A stretch of 64,000 bases of DNA from an uncultured Candidatus Saccharibacteria bacterium (GTDB taxonomy: Bacteria > Patescibacteriota > Minisyncoccia > Phycocordibacterales > UBA9973). Under the pieces are notes generated by a model. The model saw only the letters and a list, made by a program, of their open reading frames with translations. It did no database searches and was not told where the DNA came from. Shown piece after piece: positions 39,103 through 46,510 of this stretch. Position 1 is the first letter of the stretch. Each line of letters starts with the position of its first letter. The stretch is taken from positions 133,376-197,375 of the forward strand of contig CAZSFP010000001.1 in the NCBI GenBank assembly GCA_964606285.1, written 5' to 3'. The position numbers and the translations under genes are program-made.

Positions 39103-39336
39103 TTATTTTTCTCCTGTATCATTTTCCAAAACAGTATCAATATAGAGTTCTTCTACTTTTGTCCGCGCCCACGGCGTTCGACGAAGAAATGTCAAACTAG
39201 ACGTGATACTCGGATTACTCAAAAAGCAATTGATCCGTATGCGGTTTCCCAATTCTTCAAATCCATACTGATCAACAAGATATGTCAGTATCATTTCGAG
39301 TGTTTTTCCTTGTAGAACATTTCGCGGATTGGCCAT
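39103..39336 (-). CDS. VF530/DUF2132 family protein
   Basis: TYLVDQYGFEELG...INCF..PSITSSLTFLRRTPWAR pattern. Confidence 0.65.
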   Translation of the reverse strand: MANPRNVLQGKTLEMILTYLVDQYGFEELGNRIRINCFLSNPSITSSLTFLRRTPWARTKVEELYIDTVLENDTGEK

Positions 39337-39354
39337 AATAAATAATGTTATATA

Positions 39355-39390
39355 ATAACATTCTCACATTCTTGAGAATGTTGGAATATT
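39355..39390. promoter_or_regulatory. ~38-bp palindromic operator-like element, copy A (AATAACATTCTCACATTCTTGAGAATGTTGGAATATT)
   Basis: One of three near-identical copies; centred on CATTCTTGAGAATG. Confidence 0.6.
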
Positions 39391-39670
39391 ACCATGAATG
39401 AATAAATTCACAGAACGATTTGCCGTATGGAGAAACGACATGTTTTACTGTTCGCCCGACATAATTTTTATTGAGTAATCCTGCCTGCACAAGACGTCGT
39501 GTATGTTCAGATAATGTCTTCATATTGCAGTTAAGTTGTTCTGAGAGATTTTCAAGTGTCACTCCTTGCTGTTTGTATACAAGTAACAATATAGAAATCC
39601 GCCAATGATTGGCGACACCTTTGAAATGTCGTTCGAATTGCTTTGCAATTTTTACCGTATCTTTTTTCAT
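39389..39670 (-). CDS. ArsR/SmtB-family winged-HTH transcriptional regulator
   Basis: HWRISILLLVYKQQGVTLENLSEQLNCNMKTLSEHTRRLVQAGLL HTH; start set at MKKDTVK so that the operator lies upstream. Confidence 0.7.
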   Translation of the reverse strand: MKKDTVKIAKQFERHFKGVANHWRISILLLVYKQQGVTLENLSEQLNCNMKTLSEHTRRLVQAGLLNKNYVGRTVKHVVSPYGKSFCEFIHSW

Positions 39671-39683
39671 ACTTCCAATATAC

Positions 39684-39717
39684 AACATTCCAATATTCTT
39701 GAGAATGTTGGAATGTT
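39684..39717. promoter_or_regulatory. palindromic operator-like element, copy B (CAACATTCCAATATTCTTGAGAATGTTGGAATGTT)
   Basis: Immediately upstream of the arsR-like start; near-perfect 30-bp dyad. Confidence 0.6.
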
Positions 39718-39734
39718 AATTGTATAGAGAGAAA

Positions 39735-39980
39735 TTATGAGACAGTGGAATCGGAAGGAGAAGAAGATTCAGGAGATGGAGCTGAATGAGATACCGGATG
39801 ATCAGGGATGACAAAGATCGCGATGATGTAAGTCAAGACACCAGGAACCAAGCCTGTAGCCAGGACAAAAAAGATAAAGATGATCCGCAGTAAAACTGGG
39901 TCAATATCAAAGTATTCCCCCAATCCACCCAGTATTCCCTGCCACACTCTGTTCGTTTTGCTTTTGTATAGTTTTTTCAT
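39735..39980 (-). CDS. PspC domain membrane protein
   Basis: LYKSKTNRVWQGILGGLGEYFDIDPVLLRIIFIFF is the PspC domain signature. Confidence 0.75.
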   Translation of the reverse strand: MKKLYKSKTNRVWQGILGGLGEYFDIDPVLLRIIFIFFVLATGLVPGVLTYIIAIFVIPDHPVSHSAPSPESSSPSDSTVS

Positions 39981-40039
39981 ATATCTATAGTATATCAAAT
40001 TTTACGATATTTTGAGTAAGCCCCAGAAAACAGCCCTGA

Positions 40040-40561
40040 TTAGAGTTTGCGAGAATCATATGCCCAATGAAGCAGTGCTTGTCGTTGGCGAGGACGGCAG
40101 TGTATATCGCCCGGTCGGCAGTGCGCCACGATTTGTCCGATATGGCGACGCATTGCCTTCCATCGCTTGATTTGTTTGCTGTCTTCTGCGGGAATTCTGC
40201 GACCCATATAATACCTGCAGTACCACTCGAACCATCCGCGAGGATCTTCTTTTGATATCCATCCTTTTGCTCGCCACACGGAAAGCGGTTGTGATGCATT
40301 CACACCAAAATAATTCAATTCTGCGAGATGTTTTGTTATACCCTTTGGTGCAAATTTTGCACGCGTAAACCAATCTGCAGGAAATTCCTTGACGCAATCA
40401 CGCATATAGACACCGCCGAACACTCCCAGTGCGAGCAGCTGCTTTGGAGTGAGATCAGGCTTGAATTCTGGATCAAACTGTTTCCCTATCGGTGCAACGC
40501 ATTCGTACCGATACCCTTTTTGCATTTTATTGTTGACGCGAATAATTCGTTTTGATGTCAT
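40040..40561 (-). CDS. hypothetical protein, atypically GC-rich (about 50% versus about 35% in the surroundings)
   Basis: 174-aa ORF (start set at MTSKRII); Trp/Arg-rich composition; no assignable domain. Confidence 0.45.
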   Translation of the reverse strand: MTSKRIIRVNNKMQKGYRYECVAPIGKQFDPEFKPDLTPKQLLALGVFGGVYMRDCVKEFPADWFTRAKFAPKGITKHLAELNYFGVNASQPLSVWRAKGWISKEDPRGWFEWYCRYYMGRRIPAEDSKQIKRWKAMRRHIGQIVAHCRPGDIHCRPRQRQALLHWAYDSRKL

Positions 40562-40599
40562 AAAAATAATTTTCAATATATCAATCCTTAAAAGAAACT

Positions 40600-40998
40600 C
40601 TAAAGATTTAAATATGTAATAGACAACTGGAGGACTGTCGCAAATGATACCCATCCAAGGTATGGGATATTTGCATACACGATCCAGTGTGCATGGGGCC
40701 ATATAGCAATCAGTGCCCAGATGAGCGTGCCGAGTACGAGGAGAATATCAATAGCAGCCAATAGATTGTTTTGAAGTCCAAACTGGAGTGGAGTGAAAGC
40801 AAAGTTGAAGATGAGATTGAGTACGAACGGCAATGCCACTATCCACGGAATCTGCTTTGTAAAAACTTTGTAAAATACTGTACCGAACGATAGCGCAATA
40901 ATCACATACAGTACCGTCCACACCGGCCCAAAAAGCCACGAAGGTGGTGCCCATGTCGGCTTGATAAGTTATGAGTACCAGTTGTATGTATTGTTCAT
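40600..40998 (-). pseudogene. tspO: TspO/MBR family protein interrupted by an in-frame TAA at codon 10
   Basis: ATG at 40998, then MNNTYNWYS-TAA(40969..40971)-LIKPTWAPPSWLFGPVWTVLY... continuing in the same frame into ORF 40600..40923; this matches the TspO N-terminal WY..L.KP.W.PP motif. Confidence 0.6.
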
Positions 40999-41016
40999 AA
41001 ATATAATTTTATTTTA

Positions 41017-41445
41017 TTATCCTAGTAAAAACACAAACGACAAGAGAAGTCCCCACCAAGAAAGAAACGATGTGATGAAAGAAAACACGATTTTAGTTTG
41101 GAGATTTTGAGGAAGGAGCTCTGTCGGACGATTTTCACGTTCACGACGAATAAGTTCTGGACTCACGACAAATGAGAGAAAACATCCGTTCAGAATCATG
41201 ATTCCCATAACCACAAATTTCCAGAGAGCGATATGCATACCTGATGCAGCGAGAAGTATATGTCCTACTATGACAAGCAGCATTCCAATCCAGATAAGCG
41301 GTTTGGTAACCTTGTGTGTACGGATCGTTGCCTCGGTCCAGTATCCAGACTTGCGACCCAAAAATCCATGGAGATCAATAACGGTCACCGCCCCAAGTCC
41401 GATCACAAATCCTGCCATTGTTAAAAAAATTGAAAGTGTGTGCAT
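41017..41445 (-). CDS. hypothetical multi-pass membrane protein (142 aa)
   Basis: Four hydrophobic helices. Confidence 0.5.
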   Translation of the reverse strand: MHTLSIFLTMAGFVIGLGAVTVIDLHGFLGRKSGYWTEATIRTHKVTKPLIWIGMLLVIVGHILLAASGMHIALWKFVVMGIMILNGCFLSFVVSPELIRRERENRPTELLPQNLQTKIVFSFITSFLSWWGLLLSFVFLLG

Positions 41446-41515
41446 AGATCACTAATTATATAAGAATGATTATATTGTAACAGAAAAATGAAAAGAAATA
41501 GTATGCTTATTGTTG

Positions 41516-41545
41516 TATTTACCTATTCGCGCGAATAGGTAAATA
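41516..41545. repeat. 30-bp perfect palindrome TATTTACCTATTCGCGCGAATAGGTAAATA
   Basis: seen directly; shares the TATTCGCGCGAATA core with the mnmA-internal palindrome. Confidence 0.85.
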
Positions 41546-41556
41546 GACACACCATC

Positions 41557-41596
41557 ATAATAACATTCTCATATTCTCAAGAATGTTGGAATATTT
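41557..41596. promoter_or_regulatory. palindromic operator-like element, copy C (ATAATAACATTCTCATATTCTCAAGAATGTTGGAATATT)
   Basis: About 92% identical to copy A; upstream of the 41017..41445 gene. Confidence 0.6.
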
Positions 41597-41604
41597 TTGT
41601 GGAT

Positions 41605-42522
41605 CTAACGGTAGGAAAGTTCTTTTTCGACACCGGCGGCAAAAGATCCGACGTTCGGGAGGCGGTCCTGGAGGAAGTACAATCCTTCGTTGAGTAATGT
41701 CAGATCTTTCCAGTGAATGATATCTTCTTTTGTTTTAAATTGAGAGAGAATACTTTTGCGATACCCAGAAATGTATTCAGTCCGTTCACTTGGTGACATG
41801 GTTCCTATCGCACCGATACTGAATTGCATAAATGGATCTGTCCGCATCAACGACACGACGTCGTCATCAGAAATTTCAGGAAAATGACTCACGTCGATCG
41901 ATGCACCAAAATCCACGAACCGCACGTCGCCGTCCGGTGTGAGAATGACATGGGATTTGCCAAAATCATTGGTTAACAACTGGTCATTGACCAAGATATT
42001 TTTTTCATGCAGTGCCTTGAGTGCTTTTCCAAATTTCTGTCCCAAGTCTTCCATAAACGCTGGTGTACAGATATCGGCTTCGAGATTGAGGAGCGGCGTG
42101 CCATCGACAAACTGTTCGTGCATCATGCCTTCCGGCGCCTTGTACTGCTCCGGTCCGATCCCCATGTCCGCCGCCGTCTGTGCAATAGATTTTTCCGCAA
42201 TTGATTCGAGTGGCTTGATGATCCGACTCTCATGTTCAAAAGACGCCTTGATGCCCGAACCGCGAGTCGGTGCCGACAATTTCGTTATCAACGGTTTCCC
42301 TTCCGGCATATCTGGCGCCTGTCGAATTCTTGATTCTAAATGTAAATACGAAAGATATGCGGCATATTCTTTGGGATATGTCGCCTTCAATTCTTCTGTG
42401 CTCATCGCAAGTAATGCTTCACGAACCGATTCGGACTGGATTCTCCCCTTGAAAAAATGCTCCGATCGGCCGAGTTGAGCATCCAATTCCTCCGGTGTTT
42501 TCGATTTTCCAAATGATTCCAT
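41605..42522 (-). CDS. protein-kinase-like fold protein (atypical or possibly inactive), GC-rich
   Basis: LHEKNILVNDQLL catalytic-loop-like segment followed by VDFGAS (DFG); about 50% GC. Confidence 0.4.
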   Translation of the reverse strand: MESFGKSKTPEELDAQLGRSEHFFKGRIQSESVREALLAMSTEELKATYPKEYAAYLSYLHLESRIRQAPDMPEGKPLITKLSAPTRGSGIKASFEHESRIIKPLESIAEKSIAQTAADMGIGPEQYKAPEGMMHEQFVDGTPLLNLEADICTPAFMEDLGQKFGKALKALHEKNILVNDQLLTNDFGKSHVILTPDGDVRFVDFGASIDVSHFPEISDDDVVSLMRTDPFMQFSIGAIGTMSPSERTEYISGYRKSILSQFKTKEDIIHWKDLTLLNEGLYFLQDRLPNVGSFAAGVEKELSYR

Positions 42523-42638
42523 AAGATTAGTATATCACTATCTTGATTCATCAAATATCCAATTTATGCATCTTTGCATGTGGTCATGAATTATTCACAT
42601 TTCCACAAGGACGGTCCTTGCGAACCACTTAATTGAAA

Positions 42639-42968
42639 TTAACCTGTATATTTCCCAGGCTTCAAATAGAATGTTATCCTACTGATACGCTCATTCTTTT
42701 TTAAGAATCCTAGTTTTGAAAAAACTCCAGTACCTAATCCTAAAACTTTTATACCTGCACCCACAGAACCATTAGAAGAGTCTTCAACGGTTACTGCAAT
42801 ATCAAATATTATTTTACCAGCATCACCGTTATATGGTCCCATTTGAAAATGTGCTTCTTTATCTAAACCTAGAGTACCGCCTTCAATTTTTGCAATTTCT
42901 TCATTTGCTGACCTTACTCCATTCCTTATGTCTAACAGTGATTGTTTTATAAATTCATCTAGTTTCAT
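42639..42968 (-). CDS. hypothetical protein (109 aa)
   Basis: ORF downstream of the PIN-like gene. Confidence 0.4.
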   Translation of the reverse strand: MKLDEFIKQSLLDIRNGVRSANEEIAKIEGGTLGLDKEAHFQMGPYNGDAGKIIFDIAVTVEDSSNGSVGAGIKVLGLGTGVFSKLGFLKKNERISRITFYLKPGKYTG

Positions 42969-43070
42969 ATTATTTATCTAAATACTTTTAATTATTCCAA
43001 AGTTTAGTGATTGTTTCTTTGATTTTTTGATCGTGTTCACAAGCACAGTTATTGCTAATCCGCTTGCGAA

Positions 43071-44123
43071 TCATGGAGATAGTCTCATTGACGTTAATCC
43101 ACCATTCTTACAGTTATCACATAATCCATTATCAGCAAAGACGGATGTTGGGCTATATACATAAGCTCTCAGACAATTCCTACAAGATCTTGCTGAAATT
43201 GATATAGGATTTACAGTTTGAAATGATTCGGACAATCTAATATCTGTATTCATGATCGAATTCCTTAAATCTGTAGTTTTTAGTACTGCAGGAGAATTAT
43301 TAAGGATAATGGGGTTCGCAGATTGTAATGAAACCAATGCGTTCTCATAATCTACACTGAAAACCCCTGAGGATTGATTCCTCTTCTCTTCAAATTGCTC
43401 AATGGTTTGTTTTTTGTATCCAGCAGAGAAATTCTTATTTAACATTTTCAGTGGATCGAAGTAATAACTAACATCTTTGAATAAAGTCTGAATACTAGTT
43501 GCTAGAATTAAATCATCTCGATTTTTAATCTTTGGATTTTCGGTAAAATCAAAAATATTACCGGTACTAAAAAATAATTCATAATCTTTTTTGTTTTCCA
43601 AGTATTTAACGACCGAAGCAATAATCAAACAGTCTGGCTGTATGTTTTCGTAATTTTTTTTCTCACCCGTAGATTTCTTATAAGGCTTACTTCCTTTTAG
43701 GAACATACAGTAGGCCTGAGTTAAAGCTTCAGGAGTTAGCCTTAAATCATCTCGGATAGTATTAGGGTGTTCAAAAATACTTCTAACATCTTTTTTAATT
43801 TTTTGAATCTCTTTTAAGGTAGTTTCCTTGCCTTGCTGAATTGATTTGGTTAAATTATCTTTAGCTTTTTTGCTTCCGATTGTATTGCTCTTTTGAATAA
43901 TTGTAACCAAATCATTCGCTTCATTATTTATCAACTCAATCTTTTCATTAAACTTTCTTTCAAATTCAAGTTCTATTATTTCCGGTAAAAGAAGTTTAAA
44001 TTTGTTTGCATTTAACAACTTGTTAATTTTTTCTAAAACATCATCACTATTAAATTCAAGATCTAAAAAACATAGGTGTATATAAATATTTGAGTCTATT
44101 AAAACAAATTTTTCTTTTTTCAT
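43071..44123 (-). CDS. PIN-like nuclease domain protein with C-terminal CxxC-x17-CxxC zinc ribbon
   Basis: N-terminal FVLIDSNIYIHL (first PIN acidic residue) and later DCLIIASV; C-terminal CRNC...CDNC. Confidence 0.55.
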   Translation of the reverse strand: MKKEKFVLIDSNIYIHLCFLDLEFNSDDVLEKINKLLNANKFKLLLPEIIELEFERKFNEKIELINNEANDLVTIIQKSNTIGSKKAKDNLTKSIQQGKETTLKEIQKIKKDVRSIFEHPNTIRDDLRLTPEALTQAYCMFLKGSKPYKKSTGEKKNYENIQPDCLIIASVVKYLENKKDYELFFSTGNIFDFTENPKIKNRDDLILATSIQTLFKDVSYYFDPLKMLNKNFSAGYKKQTIEQFEEKRNQSSGVFSVDYENALVSLQSANPIILNNSPAVLKTTDLRNSIMNTDIRLSESFQTVNPISISARSCRNCLRAYVYSPTSVFADNGLCDNCKNGGLTSMRLSP

Positions 44124-44130
44124 ATATTAA

Positions 44131-46149
44131 TTATAGATCTTCTAAAACTCTTACTACGACTGCTTGGACGATCATTTCTTCATTCTCAGTAAACTTCATG
44201 GGCTGGTGTTTTGGATTTGTGGAGCAAGGCTTTAATACAACAACCCCATTTTCTCTATAATACTCTTTTATTGTAGCATCCTCGCCAATAAGTGCGACAA
44301 CTCTATTCCCTATTTCTGGATGATAATTTTTACGGCACAAGACGAGGTCTCCATCATTTATCCCTGCTTTATTCATGGAATCTCCAGTAGTACGAAGTAC
44401 AAAATATTTTGAACCTTTAGAAATATATTCTACTGGAACATCTATCATTTCCTGAACGGTAGAGTCCGCAAACATCAATTCCCCGCAACCAGCCGAATCA
44501 AAAAGCGGAAGCTTTACCATCTGGCCAGCATATGGAGACTTTATTATTTTTGAAGTAATTTCTTTTTTAATGGATGTAACTTCTTTATTTATTATTTCAT
44601 TAAAATAATCTCTCAAACCTTGATCAACGATATAAATATAAGTTCCTTTTATACCGCGAGTTAACAATGTTTTATAAATATTTATTACATATCTTTCAAG
44701 TTCATTTGGGTCAGTAATGCCATTTCTACCATTTATATCAAAATATTTCTCACGATCAACTTTAAATTTTTTATTTACAGGGTCATATGAAAACTCAGGT
44801 CCAATAATAACCCCAACATAGTTCAAATCATAACCTTGAACTGTATGTATACAACCAACTTCATTTATAGCATTGGGTGAATTAACCCAGTCTTGAGCAA
44901 CGGAATTCCAGACCAATTTCAAGTCACCTATTTCAATATCATAATCACGAGTTCCCTTTGCGGTGTGCCATGGCCACGCATAACCAGCAACAACGCGGGC
45001 CAATTTATGCTTTTTGTCTTTTTCTTTAATTTCACTAACCATTTGCTCTGCATTATCGAATATTTTAAAATCATAATTTGAGAAACTTGTATTTTGGGGT
45101 ATTTTTAAATCAAAAATGTCTTCAATAAATTTAATGTACTCTTCGCCTGCTTCAACACGCATCTGAGAATTCAATTCATATTTTTTAGCATTTAATTTTC
45201 TAAAATCTTCAGGACGAATATCAGCTGGTTTTATACTTTGATTTTCATCATAAAAGAAAATTTGGTTTTTTGACGACTTCATAATCCAATCAAGTTGTGT
45301 GCCATTATTATCCAAACCAAGTCCCCGACTTACATTATCAAAAGCTCCATAACCCATAATACCTTTTCGTCTTTGTAGTCTATGTGATTCATCAACAATC
45401 AATAAGTCATATTTATCTTTTACAACATCATTTGGACCAATAACCATATTTGATTTTAATCCTTTTATTTTAGAAAAAACTCTAGCAATTGTTTTTCTAA
45501 GTGAGGCCATTGGTACAACAAGACCAATATTCATATTTTTTGTTTCTTCCTGTTCTTTGAGGTATTTAAAAAGATATGTAGCTAAAATTGTTTTACCTGT
45601 ACCCGGTTTACCATTTACAATAAAAGTATTGTATTCATTCTTTTTTATATCCTTAAAAATCTGTCTAGCGACAGTAAACTGATCTTCTGTTAGAGACTTG
45701 TATGGTGAGTATTTAAATAAATCACTATTTTTTAAATCCTCGAGAGTATTTTTTACTAAACCCATCTGTCGTAAATTTTCCCAAGCTATTTCAAACTTTG
45801 CTTTGTACTTTACCTTGTCGTAATAATTATGATTCTTTAAACCCCCATTACTATTCTGTAAAATAAACTTTTCGTCAGCAGAAATATACTGAATTAACCA
45901 AGACTCGATATCAAAAGCGGCAGAAATGTTAAATTCTTCATCAGTAATAATATGAATTTCTTTTAACTTCGCTCTTTCCGGATTTTCATAATGTTGCTTA
46001 CTTCGAAAATAAGCGTTCACTGTTTGACCAATATAAACTTCCTTCTTGTCTTCTAAAATGTAAACAACAGGCCAATTTTTACCAAATTTAAAATTCTTAA
46101 TTTGATCAAAATCCTCTCTATTAAATGGAAAAGTTTTTATTTCAGACAT
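44131..46149 (-). CDS. three-domain fusion: GIY-YIG nuclease + DUF2075-like SF1 helicase-type P-loop NTPase + LexA/UmuD-like S24 peptidase
   Basis: GIY-YIG: VVYILEDKKEVYIGQTVNAYFRSKQH...E. NTPase: Walker A GKPGTGKT, DExH-like LLIVDESHRL, IHTVQGYDLNYVGVII. S24: candidate Ala-Gly cleavage site (DSAG/CG) about 35 aa upstream of TGDSMNKAGINDGDLVL...TIKEY (Ser/Lys dyad). Confidence 0.7.
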   Translation of the reverse strand: MSEIKTFPFNREDFDQIKNFKFGKNWPVVYILEDKKEVYIGQTVNAYFRSKQHYENPERAKLKEIHIITDEEFNISAAFDIESWLIQYISADEKFILQNSNGGLKNHNYYDKVKYKAKFEIAWENLRQMGLVKNTLEDLKNSDLFKYSPYKSLTEDQFTVARQIFKDIKKNEYNTFIVNGKPGTGKTILATYLFKYLKEQEETKNMNIGLVVPMASLRKTIARVFSKIKGLKSNMVIGPNDVVKDKYDLLIVDESHRLQRRKGIMGYGAFDNVSRGLGLDNNGTQLDWIMKSSKNQIFFYDENQSIKPADIRPEDFRKLNAKKYELNSQMRVEAGEEYIKFIEDIFDLKIPQNTSFSNYDFKIFDNAEQMVSEIKEKDKKHKLARVVAGYAWPWHTAKGTRDYDIEIGDLKLVWNSVAQDWVNSPNAINEVGCIHTVQGYDLNYVGVIIGPEFSYDPVNKKFKVDREKYFDINGRNGITDPNELERYVINIYKTLLTRGIKGTYIYIVDQGLRDYFNEIINKEVTSIKKEITSKIIKSPYAGQMVKLPLFDSAGCGELMFADSTVQEMIDVPVEYISKGSKYFVLRTTGDSMNKAGINDGDLVLCRKNYHPEIGNRVVALIGEDATIKEYYRENGVVVLKPCSTNPKHQPMKFTENEEMIVQAVVVRVLEDL

Positions 46150-46150
46150 T

Positions 46151-46489
46151 TTATAATTCAGTATACTTACTATGTTTATTTTTAGATTTTTTTACAGGAT
46201 ATTTTTTATTATTCTCTTTCATCTTTAAAATAAAAGCTTTTTCAAGATCAACATTTAAATCATTAGACATTAACAAAACCCAGTACAAAACATCAGCAAG
46301 TTCTTTTGCTATTTCTTTTTTATTTTTCTTTACATGAAGTTCCATTTCCTCCAGATTTTTCCATTGAAAATGTTCTAATACTTCTGAGGATTCTAAACAT
46401 AGAGAAATAGCAAGATCTTTTGGATTATGAAATTGCTTCCAATTACGAGCATTTCTAAATTTAACAATTTGTTCTGTAAGCTTTTTCAT
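46151..46489 (-). CDS. DCTPP1/MazG-like all-alpha NTP pyrophosphohydrolase
   Basis: RNWKQFHNPKDLAISLCLESSEVLEHFQWK and ELADVLYWVLLMSNDLNVDLEKA...KYP match the dCTP pyrophosphatase 1 / YpjD motifs; its stop is separated by 1 nt from the next start. Confidence 0.75.
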   Translation of the reverse strand: MKKLTEQIVKFRNARNWKQFHNPKDLAISLCLESSEVLEHFQWKNLEEMELHVKKNKKEIAKELADVLYWVLLMSNDLNVDLEKAFILKMKENNKKYPVKKSKNKHSKYTEL

Positions 46490-46510
46490 AATTTTATCTT
46501 AAAAGTTCAT

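Noticed and set aside
46151-46489. Calling the MazG-like gene a dedicated defense component
   Set aside because: Not rejected outright, but down-weighted. YpjD/DCTPP1-like pyrophosphatases are also common housekeeping genes, and this one directly follows lysS, so it may simply be co-transcribed with it. Only the 1-nt coupling to the fusion gene argues for membership.
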